Shown here piece after piece: positions 39,301-48,613 of a stretch of DNA of 64,000 nucleotides (its first letter is position 1; each line of letters starts with the position of its first letter). Both the position numbers and the translations under genes were made by a program. This stretch comes from an uncultured archaeon (GTDB lineage Archaea > Asgardarchaeota > Lokiarchaeia > Sigyniarchaeales > SOKP01): assembly GCA_964486045.1 (NCBI GenBank), contig CAZALK010000008.1:1-64000 (forward strand), read 5' to 3'. The notes beneath the pieces were generated by a model. That model was not told the origin of the DNA, did no database searches, and saw nothing but the letters and a program-made list of their open reading frames with translations.

Positions 39301-40533
39301 TTATTTAACCTTTAACCTTTTAATTTTTAAAAATATTATTATTGGGATGAATCCTAATAGGATTAATAAATTATAGCCGGGAATTTGAGGATTTGAGGAT
39401 GTTCTAGCTGATTCTATGATATAATCGTTTATTATTTGATCCAATGCATAATCAACATAGGTACTCTCGGAAAAAATAATTACAACTATATCATAATCGG
39501 GAATAACAATTATATATTGTCCTAAATAGCCAGCGGCATAAAAATAATCTTCACTTTTTAACCAAAACAAATATCCGTATTCAGGATTTCCTACATGATT
39601 TATAGAAGCAGAAGTTATATAACTCTCGGGTACTACTTGAGTACTATTCCAATTTCCATTGTTCAAACATAATAATCCTATCCGAGCCATCGCCTTTGGT
39701 GTAAAATAAAGTCCCCAGCCCCCATAAGAGATATTGTTTAAAGTTCCATTTCCCCATTCCCAATTAATTTCATCCCATTCCCATTGGTCATCTTTAATTC
39801 CAATAGGAGCAAATAAATGTTGCTGTGCAAATTCAGATGTTTTCATCCCTGTTTTATTTTGAATAATAGCAGATAATAATTGAGTATTTCCACTAGAATA
39901 CTCAAAATCTGAACTAGGGGGTGATACTAATGGTTTTTTAAGAACATAGTCAAGACTGATATTATAAATCCACCAATTAGAAAAGGAGTCAAAGCCCTCA
40001 TCCCATTGAAGTCCTGATCTCATTGTGAGTAGATCTTCAATTGTTATGTTCTTTTTCAGTTCATCACCATAACTAGGTTTCCATTTGTCAGGAAAGATCC
40101 CGAAAAAAGTCTCGTTTACACTGTCGATGTATCCTTTTTCAATTGCAATACCAATTAAGAGTGAGATAATAGATTTGGTACAACTATATAACACGTGTAA
40201 GGATCCATTTTTTCGGGTTATAATAGGCGTGGAAGTTATGAATCTTTGTTCTTCAATGACTTCACTATTAGATAAATAACTTTCATTAACAATATATCCA
40301 TTCCGGCTAACTAGGATACTTTGAATATTTAGGTTATATTGGTTTATAAAATCATACATCTCCCCAATAAGATTCGAATTCATTCCTTGATCCTCAGGAG
40401 TCGTAATAATCCAATCATCACCAGGCCAGTAGTTGTTTTCAGTTTGGGAGATGCTATAGGAACTAAAGAGATTAATGAAAATTATTATGGAACATAAAAA
40501 TCCACCTAGCAAGAATTTCGATTGTTTTTGCAT
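39301..40533 (-). CDS. Secreted serine hydrolase (beta-lactamase class C/AmpC-like family) with a C-terminal IPGY-TM-basic sorting tail
   Basis: Signal peptide, YSCTKS (SxxK), LLTMRSG, FEYSSGN, AAGYLGQ, and a C-terminal IPGYNLLILLGFIPIIIFLKIKR. Confidence 0.88.
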   Translation of the reverse strand: MQKQSKFLLGGFLCSIIIFINLFSSYSISQTENNYWPGDDWIITTPEDQGMNSNLIGEMYDFINQYNLNIQSILVSRNGYIVNESYLSNSEVIEEQRFITSTPIITRKNGSLHVLYSCTKSIISLLIGIAIEKGYIDSVNETFFGIFPDKWKPSYGDELKKNITIEDLLTMRSGLQWDEGFDSFSNWWIYNISLDYVLKKPLVSPPSSDFEYSSGNTQLLSAIIQNKTGMKTSEFAQQHLFAPIGIKDDQWEWDEINWEWGNGTLNNISYGGWGLYFTPKAMARIGLLCLNNGNWNSTQVVPESYITSASINHVGNPEYGYLFWLKSEDYFYAAGYLGQYIIVIPDYDIVVIIFSESTYVDYALDQIINDYIIESARTSSNPQIPGYNLLILLGFIPIIIFLKIKRLKVK

Positions 40534-40688
40534 TTTCTTATGAAAAATCGTTAATTATTTTTTTATGGAGCAAAAAATATTTAAATTTAATGAAAAAAAG
40601 TACGGCTCTTATGTATCAAGCTAGTAGAGGATTGAAATTAATAAAATAAGCAGTATAGAATTTAAAAATTAAGAAATTGTTGAAAATT

Positions 40689-40898
40689 TTATTCAAAATA
40701 ACTTTTAAAGGAGCGAGAAAAATCTTTAATATATTTGTTATCTATTTCACCAAATTTAAAGCTTTCTTGATGTTTCTTTTCCTTCCCAAATAAGTATCTC
40801 TTGATAGCAAGCTCAAAATCATTTATGCACATACTATCTTCTTCCGCAAACTTGATTTCTCCGAAATATTTAAGAAAATCCGGGTTTGAAATTGACAC
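40689..40898 (-). CDS. Small hypothetical protein
   Basis: 69-aa ORF with a GTG start preceded by an AGGTGA Shine-Dalgarno-like motif. Confidence 0.5.
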   Translation of the reverse strand: MSISNPDFLKYFGEIKFAEEDSMCINDFELAIKRYLFGKEKKHQESFKFGEIDNKYIKDFSRSFKSYFE

Positions 40899-41263
40899 TT
40901 TATAGTTTCACCTTAAACGGTATTTTAATGTTTATTTTAATATTCGTTTTACTATATCATTAAGTTTCTAATTAAAAAGATAGTTGAATATTTAAACATT
41001 TTCATATGATTAACCATCTCAATAATTCTCGATTTTAAGCACAATTTTCTAAAAAAAATTCATAAACTGTTAAAAAACTCAAGAATTTGTTGCAACGCTA
41101 AAAATTCTATCTTACTTTATTGAATAATTATCTCCTTATCGAGATTCTAGGTAAACAAATGGATATAATTATATATTAGGCTTTCAAATTATAATTGAAT
41201 ATTAAATTCATATTACGTTACCTACTTAACATTGTATTAAATTTTAGAAAAATAGGGCTTGAA

Positions 41264-42202
41264 ATGAATAGACAACTTAATGATAAAACCTATATGAAAT
41301 ACCTTTTACAATACTTAAATGTTGATGGATTAAAGCAGATTTGCCGAGATTTTGGAATAAAAGGGTTTTCAAAACTGAAGAAGTCAGAATTGATTGAGTT
41401 TATTCTTGATTCCCTGGCTGAGGAGGAATTAGAAGAATTAATAAAACAAAAAGAATTGGAGATTATTTCAGAAGGTATAAATTTAGCTCTAAAAAAAATC
41501 GATGGAGAAGATAGAGAGACTATTAGTGAAATAAAAATTGTGAATCCTAAAAACCATGAGGTTGAGATTAAATTTAAGGGATTTAATTGGGAGATAGGTT
41601 CTTATTTATCTATTACACCTACAAATATAAATGATCCAGAGAGGGATTGTGATTGCCGAATAGGTTCAAACCTAGGTTTTTGTGGTCATTTTTGGGTAGT
41701 TTTTATCCTATCTTTAAAAGAAGGATATTTTAAACTCTCCGATTGGACGTTAACAAAACTGCCAGAAAATTTTGAAAAACTTATTAAGCCAATTAAGATA
41801 TCAAAGCCAGATTCGAGTGCGAAAAGTACTGGAAAAAGAAGCTTAGTTAATGAGAGTTCTGATAGTGCTATGTTCATGAAGTTTATTGATAAAAGTATTA
41901 CTATTTATGAAGGGAAAATCTCAGAGATAGTACAGAAGCAATCAGAATTTCAAGGAAATGTTTCCATTTTTTATCTCATCACTTTAGAAGATGTAAGATT
42001 CGGACCAAGAATATCCCGAAAAAGCGATTACCGTGAAGAAGACATTGTACAAGCAGACAACCTTAAAATAAGAGTTAGTGAAAAATTACAGAATGAAAAT
42101 GAGTTAAAACCAAAAGAAAAAATAAAAGTGAATGGGAAGCTTGATAAAGATAATTTTTGGGGTATAATGGTAAAAAATATACGAAAAGTAGAAAAAATCT
42201 AA
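41264..42202 (+). CDS. HeH/SAP-like + SWIM zinc finger + OB-fold-like nucleic-acid-binding protein
   Basis: LNVDGLKQICRDFGIKGFSKLKKSELIEFI (HeH/Rho-N-like), CDCRIGSNLGFCGH (SWIM CxC...CxH), and a C-terminal GKISEI...IKVNGKL OB-like pattern. Confidence 0.7.
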   Translation: MNRQLNDKTYMKYLLQYLNVDGLKQICRDFGIKGFSKLKKSELIEFILDSLAEEELEELIKQKELEIISEGINLALKKIDGEDRETISEIKIVNPKNHEVEIKFKGFNWEIGSYLSITPTNINDPERDCDCRIGSNLGFCGHFWVVFILSLKEGYFKLSDWTLTKLPENFEKLIKPIKISKPDSSAKSTGKRSLVNESSDSAMFMKFIDKSITIYEGKISEIVQKQSEFQGNVSIFYLITLEDVRFGPRISRKSDYREEDIVQADNLKIRVSEKLQNENELKPKEKIKVNGKLDKDNFWGIMVKNIRKVEKI

Positions 42203-42347
42203 AAAATAAAAATCCCAAAATCCATCAGAGATTTTATTAATTTTTTTTCTTTCTCATACTTAACTTTGTTCTTTTAATTAGGATATTTATTATTTTTATA
42301 ATTTGGGGATTTAAACGGCTGTAATTAAGAATAATACATCTAAAATT

Positions 42348-43190
42348 ATGAAAGGAAAAATTTGCATGATTACTGGTGCAAACTCGGGTATTGGTAAAGC
42401 TACGGCTATTGGATTAACAAAAATGGGTGCAAAAATCGTCATGGTATGCCGTAATAAAAATAAAGGTGAAAAGGCTTTAGAAGATATCAAGAAAGAGTGT
42501 AACGACGGAACAGTTGATTTGATTATTGCAGATTTATCTTCACAAAAGGAAATCCATCAGCTTGTTAAAGATTATAAGGAAAAATATCAAGATTTGCACG
42601 TTTTAATAAATAACGCTGGTGTTAATCTTAATAAACGGGTTTTATCCGATGATGGGATTGAAACTACTTTTGCAGTTAACTATTTAGCACCATTTTTATT
42701 GAGTAATTTATTAATAGATCTTCTCCAAACTAGTAATCCAGCAAGAATAGTAAATGTAGCCTCAAGTATGCAAAGTAAATCTATTAATTTTGAGAATCTT
42801 AATGGAGAACAACATTATCGCCAATTGAATGCGTATGCACAATCGAAATTAGCAGTAATCCTCTTTACCTATGAGTTTGCGAGAAGAAATGAAGGGACAG
42901 GAGTATCTATTAACTGTCTTCATCCCGGATTTGTAAAAACTAATATGGTTAAGAATTTTAGACCCTTTGTCAAATATTTTTATCCTTTGATCGGTTTATT
43001 TATAAAAAGCCCAAAGAAAGGGGCTAAAACATCGATTTATCTAGCATCTTCACCTGAAGTTGAAGGTGTGAGTGGGAAATATTTCAAAAAAAAAAAGGAA
43101 GTAGAACCTGTGAAAGCCTCCTATGATGCAGAACTTATGAAACGTCTTTGGGATGTTAGTTTAGATTTGACTAGCCTTAGATTTGATTAA
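42348..43190 (+). CDS. SDR oxidoreductase (retinol dehydrogenase/WWOX-like)
   Basis: TGANSGIG, INNAG, YAQSK and LHPGFV motifs. Confidence 0.92.
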   Translation: MKGKICMITGANSGIGKATAIGLTKMGAKIVMVCRNKNKGEKALEDIKKECNDGTVDLIIADLSSQKEIHQLVKDYKEKYQDLHVLINNAGVNLNKRVLSDDGIETTFAVNYLAPFLLSNLLIDLLQTSNPARIVNVASSMQSKSINFENLNGEQHYRQLNAYAQSKLAVILFTYEFARRNEGTGVSINCLHPGFVKTNMVKNFRPFVKYFYPLIGLFIKSPKKGAKTSIYLASSPEVEGVSGKYFKKKKEVEPVKASYDAELMKRLWDVSLDLTSLRFD

Positions 43191-43340
43191 AATAAGTTAA
43201 CATAACTTATTTCGCTAGATATTTCATAATTATATTAAAAACACCTTAATTTCTCCATATTGAATTTTATGAAACAAGGTTTATAATTGAAAGAATTAAA
43301 TAACTAAAATATATAACTTCAAGTTTTATCGCTAAAGAAA

Positions 43341-44720
43341 ATGACTCATATAAATTCTGGTTTTGTGAACAACAACAATATGATCTTGAGTACAGATTTT
43401 TACCAACTCACTATGGGTGCTGCATATTATCAGTACAACCTTGAAAATCACATAGATGAAAAAGATGATATCGCTACTTTTGAATTATTTGTTAGAAGTT
43501 TACCTAAAAATCGTAATTATTTAATTTTTGCTGGACTAGAACAAGCTATTTACTATTTATTAAATGCGAAATTCAACGAAAGAACGATTGAATTTCTTAG
43601 AAATAAGAAAGTTTTTAAAAATATTGATCAAAGTTTTTTCAACGAATACCTACCAAATTTTAAATTCAATATTGATTTATGGTCAATGAAAGAAGGTAAT
43701 TTCTTTTTTCCTAATGAACCAATATTAAGAATTCGTGGTCCATTACTTCATGCTCAACTCGCAGAAACTCACGTGCTAAATGTAATCAATTTCCAGACAT
43801 TAATAGCGTCTAAAGCCTCACGTATAAGGAATATTGCACCAAATAAAACGCTTCTTGAATTTGGTACGAGAAGATCTCACAGTCCACTTGCTGGTGTCTA
43901 TGCCGCAAGAGCCAGTTACATTGCGGGTTTTAATGGAACTAGTAATGTAATTGCTGATCTTGAATTTGGAATAAATTCTACCGGTACAATGGCTCACAGT
44001 TTTGTTCAAAAGTTTGAACGAGAGGAGGATAGCTTTACTGCTTATTTTGATATTTACGATAATAATACAATTCTTCTGATTGATACATACAATACTGAAA
44101 AAGGAGCTGAAAAGAGTATTCGATTTGGGAATGGGATAAAAGGGGTACGAATTGATTCTGGAGATCTTGGTGGTCATGCAAAAAAAGTGAGAAAGATTTT
44201 GGATAATGCAGGTAGCGAAAAAGTTCTGATCATTGCAAGTTCTGATCTAAATGAGTACAAAATTAAAAAAATGATAGATGAAAATGCACCAATTGATGCG
44301 TTTGGCGTTGGAACAGAATTAGCAACTTCTAGTGATGATCCCACCATTTCTGGAGTGTATAAATTAGTTGAATATAAAAATGAAGCTAAAATTAAGGTAA
44401 GTGAAGATAAAATTACCTTTCCAGGGACAAAACAAGTTTTTAGAGTATTTAATAAGAAGGGTGCGTTTAAGGAGGATATTTTAGCGCTTGAGAATGAACC
44501 CATTCCTACCAATTCAGAAGCACTGTTAGAACTTATTATGAAAAATGGCAAATTAGAGGCTAAGTTACCTAAGATAGACGAAATTCAACAGTTCTACTTA
44601 GAGAATATAAAAAAATTGCCACGAACGTATAAGAAACTAGAACAAATTCAAATTTTCACGTTAAATATATCACCAGATTTGGAAAGCTTAACAAGTTTAT
44701 TAAGAAAGAAATACCGATAA
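43341..44720 (+). CDS. pncB: Nicotinate phosphoribosyltransferase
   Basis: TDFYQLTM, EFGTRR, GTMAHSF, LIDTY, RIDSGD and FGVGT motifs. Confidence 0.95.
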   Translation: MTHINSGFVNNNNMILSTDFYQLTMGAAYYQYNLENHIDEKDDIATFELFVRSLPKNRNYLIFAGLEQAIYYLLNAKFNERTIEFLRNKKVFKNIDQSFFNEYLPNFKFNIDLWSMKEGNFFFPNEPILRIRGPLLHAQLAETHVLNVINFQTLIASKASRIRNIAPNKTLLEFGTRRSHSPLAGVYAARASYIAGFNGTSNVIADLEFGINSTGTMAHSFVQKFEREEDSFTAYFDIYDNNTILLIDTYNTEKGAEKSIRFGNGIKGVRIDSGDLGGHAKKVRKILDNAGSEKVLIIASSDLNEYKIKKMIDENAPIDAFGVGTELATSSDDPTISGVYKLVEYKNEAKIKVSEDKITFPGTKQVFRVFNKKGAFKEDILALENEPIPTNSEALLELIMKNGKLEAKLPKIDEIQQFYLENIKKLPRTYKKLEQIQIFTLNISPDLESLTSLLRKKYR

Positions 44721-44849
44721 TTTTCTGGGACCTAATTTTTTTATCTTTGGAATTTTTTTACTTAAGATACAAAATTATAAATGATTACAGAGAAAATAAA
44801 TAAAAAGAATATCATGATTTGTGTATACTAAAAAAAGAGGAAAGGTAAA

Positions 44850-45422
44850 ATGGATGTAGAAGAAATAAGAGAATTATTAGGAAACGATTTTGCTTTTGTT
44901 TATAATGAAACAAATCCAGTTATTCAAGACTTAAATTTAGATAAGACTGCAAAAATTTTAGACATCGGGACAGGAATTGGCTTAATATTAATAACTCTGG
45001 CTTTAAATAATTTCACCATAATTACTGGTGAACCTGAGGATGATGAATCAAAATACGCAAAACAGGATTGGTTACAATTTGCTAAAAAAGCAAAAGTGGA
45101 TCATATGATAACATACACTCCATTTAATGCTGAAAAAATGCCATTTGAGGATTCTTCTTTTGACGCGATATTTATTTTCGGGGCGTTGCACCATATAGAT
45201 GACAAAAAAGCAGCTCTAAAAGAATGTAATCGAACAGTAAAAATAAATGGAATTATTTGTATTTTTGAACCAAATTCTAAAATGTTAAAATTTGTACGAG
45301 AACAGAAGGATCCAGATCATCCAGACGCAGTTGATCCAAGGGGATATGCCCAAAACCTTCATTTATCTGTAGAATTGATACAACGCCCTTTCTATGATAC
45401 ATTCATTTTAAAAAAGATATAA
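44850..45422 (+). CDS. Class I SAM-dependent methyltransferase
   Basis: ILDIGTGIG, AEKMPFEDSSFD and ALHH motifs. Confidence 0.9.
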   Translation: MDVEEIRELLGNDFAFVYNETNPVIQDLNLDKTAKILDIGTGIGLILITLALNNFTIITGEPEDDESKYAKQDWLQFAKKAKVDHMITYTPFNAEKMPFEDSSFDAIFIFGALHHIDDKKAALKECNRTVKINGIICIFEPNSKMLKFVREQKDPDHPDAVDPRGYAQNLHLSVELIQRPFYDTFILKKI

Positions 45423-45505
45423 AAAAAATTGTGTAATTTTTGGATTTTTTTAAAAACAAGCGCAAAATGCTAAGGATTTTAATCTAACTATTAATTCTCA
45501 ATTTT

Positions 45506-46300
45506 ATGACTAATTTTGAATTAATTGAATTAGAGATTGATGAACCGAATAACTTAGCTATTGTGTTCTTAAATCGTCCTAACCATTATAATGCTTTCAA
45601 CATTAAACTCATGGATGAATTAATTATTGCTTTTAACATAATTTTGGGTAATAAAAGGATAAGATGCATAATTCTTACTGGAATAGGAAAAGCTTTTTCT
45701 GCAGGAGGGGATGTTGTGGAATTTAAAAATGCAGAAAAACCTGATGAATTTATGGCAAAATTAGTAAGTAAATTGCATAAAGGAATAAAAATCCTTAAGA
45801 ATATGGGGACTCTCTCAATAGCCGCTATTAATGGTGCTTGCTTTGGGGCTGGTTTAGGTTATGCAACAACATGTGATTTTAGAATTAGTTCCGAGAATGC
45901 TACATTTGGTTGTGCTTTTACAAAAATAGGTTTATCTCCTGATTCTTCATCAACCTGGCATCTTCCTAAACTGGTAGGTTTAAGTCTGGCAAATGAGATG
46001 TTTTTCTTGAATAGAGTGCTCAATGCCGAAGAAGCTCTCCATTTTAACTTAGTAAATAAAATTTTCAACTCAGAAACATTTATGGAGGAAGTTAAAAAAT
46101 ATGCTATTCAGATAAGCCAGGGAGCACCGGTAGCATTTGCTTACACTAAAAGATTATTAAGAGAATCTTATACTAATGATTTAGAACCACATATTGAAAA
46201 AGAAGCTCAAAGTATTGTAAAAACTGCGGGAACAGAAGATTTTCAAGAAGGTATAAAAGCTTTCTTTGAAAAAAGAGATCCTAAATTTACTGGTGAATAA
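45506..46300 (+). CDS. Enoyl-CoA hydratase/isomerase (crotonase family)
   Basis: LNRP, FSAGGD, AINGACFGAG, GLSPD and EGIKAFFEKR motifs. Confidence 0.93.
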   Translation: MTNFELIELEIDEPNNLAIVFLNRPNHYNAFNIKLMDELIIAFNIILGNKRIRCIILTGIGKAFSAGGDVVEFKNAEKPDEFMAKLVSKLHKGIKILKNMGTLSIAAINGACFGAGLGYATTCDFRISSENATFGCAFTKIGLSPDSSSTWHLPKLVGLSLANEMFFLNRVLNAEEALHFNLVNKIFNSETFMEEVKKYAIQISQGAPVAFAYTKRLLRESYTNDLEPHIEKEAQSIVKTAGTEDFQEGIKAFFEKRDPKFTGE

Positions 46301-46454
46301 TTAAATAGTAATATTATACGATTTGAGAATTGTTTTTATGATTCTATAATATAAAAATATCAAATTCCCAAAAAATGGGAGTAAAAACCCCGAGACTATG
46401 ATTTTAAAGTTTATATCAAAACATATTAGCAAAAATAGGAAAAGTAGAAAAACC

Positions 46455-46462
46455 TTTATAAA
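46455..46462 (+). promoter_or_regulatory. Candidate TATA box for tes
   Basis: gaaaaaccTTTATAAA, with a purine-rich BRE-like upstream sequence, ~70 nt before the ATG. Confidence 0.4.
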
Positions 46463-46528
46463 TCAGCACTTCGTATTTGTATAAATACATGTTTAAATAA
46501 ATAATGATGTAATTGGTGTTAACAAAAA

Positions 46529-48265
46529 ATGTATCACTTAAACGATGAAGATTATGTAAACGAACCTTATTATCGGAAAACTACAAGTATATGCCCTGAA
46601 TGCTTACAGCCAATTGGTGCTGAAATCTATGAAGAAGATGAAAAAATATATATGAAAAAAACATGCGAAGATCATGGATTCTTCAAAGATTTACTCAGTA
46701 GCTCTGCAAAATATTATAAATGGACACATTATTCTGTAAAAGATAAGAATGGAAATGTTGTCTGGAAATTCGATAAAGATGGTGACACTAATCCACCAGA
46801 TTTTCAAGGAGACGATCCAAGAGGGTGTCCTTATAACTGTGGACTCTGCGAACAGCATATTTCAACTTGTTCATTGGCTTTAATAGATCTAACTAATCGA
46901 TGTAATTTTAACTGTAACTTTTGTTACGCAAATATCTTGCAAAGTGGCTATTTAGTTCAGCCAACCTTAGAAGAAATCGATAGGGTAATGAAACACTTTA
47001 GAAGTAAACCTATTCCAGCAGTTGCAATTATGTTTACGGGCGGAGAGCCTACTGTCAGAAAGGATTTTCCTGAGATTTGTAAGATGGCTAAAGACAATGG
47101 ATTTAAAGAGGTAATAGTCGCTACAAACGGTTATGGTTTTCAAAGAAAGAAAGGTGGCTTAGAATTTACCAAAAAATGTAAGGAAATGGGCTTAGATACA
47201 CTATACTTCCAATTTGATGGGATCAATGATGCGACTTATGAAAAAACTCGTGGAATTAAGCATTTAATGGCATACAAACAAAGGGTTGTTGATAACCTTA
47301 GAAAGGCAAAACTCGATTCAACTGTATTAGTTGCTACAATTGCTAAGGGAATTACTGACGTTGAGGTTGGAAATATTATTCAATACGCAATTGATAATAT
47401 AGATGTTATACGCGGAATAACATTTCAGCCCGTTTCTTTATGTGGTCGAATTGCGTTTGAAGAACGCAGTGAACTTAGAATAACCAATGCAGATGTCCTA
47501 AAGAAAATTGAAGAACAAACCGGAGGAAGGATAAGCATGGAAAATTCGTGGTATCCACTCTCGACTATTGTGGAACTCGGTAGAATTATCGCTTATCTAG
47601 CAGATGTTGAACCTATTGAGTTTACCTGTCATCCTGATTGTGGTTTTGCCTCGTATATGGCCATAGACCCTGATACTGGTGAAATGATGCCGATAATGGA
47701 ATATTTTGAGCCGTTTAAAGTAATTGACTTCGCAAACAAATTTTGGGAAAAGATTAAAAAGAAAGAAAAGCAGCCCATAAAGCTCTTTGAAAATTTACTC
47801 GGTGACTTTGGTAAAACTCTAGATGAAGGATTAAATTTCCTTGACAAAACCCAGCTTCGAGCGCGATTCCTATTAGGAATCTTACAGTATGCTAAAAAAC
47901 CGGGTAAGCTCATGGAAATGTTCAGCAGAGTTCTTATTAATGGTGATTGGGAAAGTATCAGCTCTTTCAGTTACGGAACCCTTCTTTTAAGCTCAATGCA
48001 TTTTCAAGACGCATACAATATGGATTTGGAAAGAACAAAAAGATGTATTGTTCATTTCGGTATAGCAATGCCGGACGGCACCGTCAAGGAATGCTCGTTC
48101 TGCACAATGAATACAATTCACAGGCCAGAGATTGAAAAACAAATAGCGAAACATATCACAGCTAAAGTCAGAGATGAATTTGACACGACTACCGGTCAAG
48201 AAGTCTTAGAAGTCCAACCAGAAATCGCACGAAATGGTGGAATTAAAACGGAGAGTGATAAATAA
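46529..48265 (+). CDS. tes: Radical SAM tetraether lipid synthase
   Basis: N-terminal SICPEC...KTCEDHG, CPYNCGLCEQH, radical SAM CNFNCNFC, FTCHPDCG and HFQDAYNMDLERTKRCIVH...FCTMN. Confidence 0.88.
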   Translation: MYHLNDEDYVNEPYYRKTTSICPECLQPIGAEIYEEDEKIYMKKTCEDHGFFKDLLSSSAKYYKWTHYSVKDKNGNVVWKFDKDGDTNPPDFQGDDPRGCPYNCGLCEQHISTCSLALIDLTNRCNFNCNFCYANILQSGYLVQPTLEEIDRVMKHFRSKPIPAVAIMFTGGEPTVRKDFPEICKMAKDNGFKEVIVATNGYGFQRKKGGLEFTKKCKEMGLDTLYFQFDGINDATYEKTRGIKHLMAYKQRVVDNLRKAKLDSTVLVATIAKGITDVEVGNIIQYAIDNIDVIRGITFQPVSLCGRIAFEERSELRITNADVLKKIEEQTGGRISMENSWYPLSTIVELGRIIAYLADVEPIEFTCHPDCGFASYMAIDPDTGEMMPIMEYFEPFKVIDFANKFWEKIKKKEKQPIKLFENLLGDFGKTLDEGLNFLDKTQLRARFLLGILQYAKKPGKLMEMFSRVLINGDWESISSFSYGTLLLSSMHFQDAYNMDLERTKRCIVHFGIAMPDGTVKECSFCTMNTIHRPEIEKQIAKHITAKVRDEFDTTTGQEVLEVQPEIARNGGIKTESDK

Positions 48266-48553
48266 ATGTCTGATGAATTTGTAAAAACAAAAGATGGCAT
48301 GAAGATACGTAAATTAACGGAGTTAAGAACGAGTACTGCGAAAGAATATGAACAAGTAATGCTCGATAGAGTCGAGGAGTTCAAAGGCAAGAATGCGGAT
48401 AAAAGTATTTTCAATAATTTCGTACAAAATACACTAGTATCTGGAATTGGTGTCCTTATGAACCTTAAAGTCAAGATTGATGAAGTTTTAGGAGAAGAAA
48501 ACCAAAAAAAAATTCACGAAATATTAGATAGTGCCCTTCTATTAGGGCTTTAA
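48266..48553 (+). CDS. Small hypothetical protein, translationally coupled to tes
   Basis: The ATG immediately follows the tes TAA, and a T-rich tract follows the stop. Confidence 0.7.
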   Translation: MSDEFVKTKDGMKIRKLTELRTSTAKEYEQVMLDRVEEFKGKNADKSIFNNFVQNTLVSGIGVLMNLKVKIDEVLGEENQKKIHEILDSALLLGL

Positions 48554-48613
48554 ATAACTTTTTTTACCTTTTACTTTTAATTATTAGTCTTCTACACATC
48601 TGAAAGCTTACCA

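Noticed and set aside
34892-44720. NAD salvage operon (adenylyltransferase + pncB)
   Set aside because: The genes are ~8 kb apart, on opposite strands and separated by unrelated genes.
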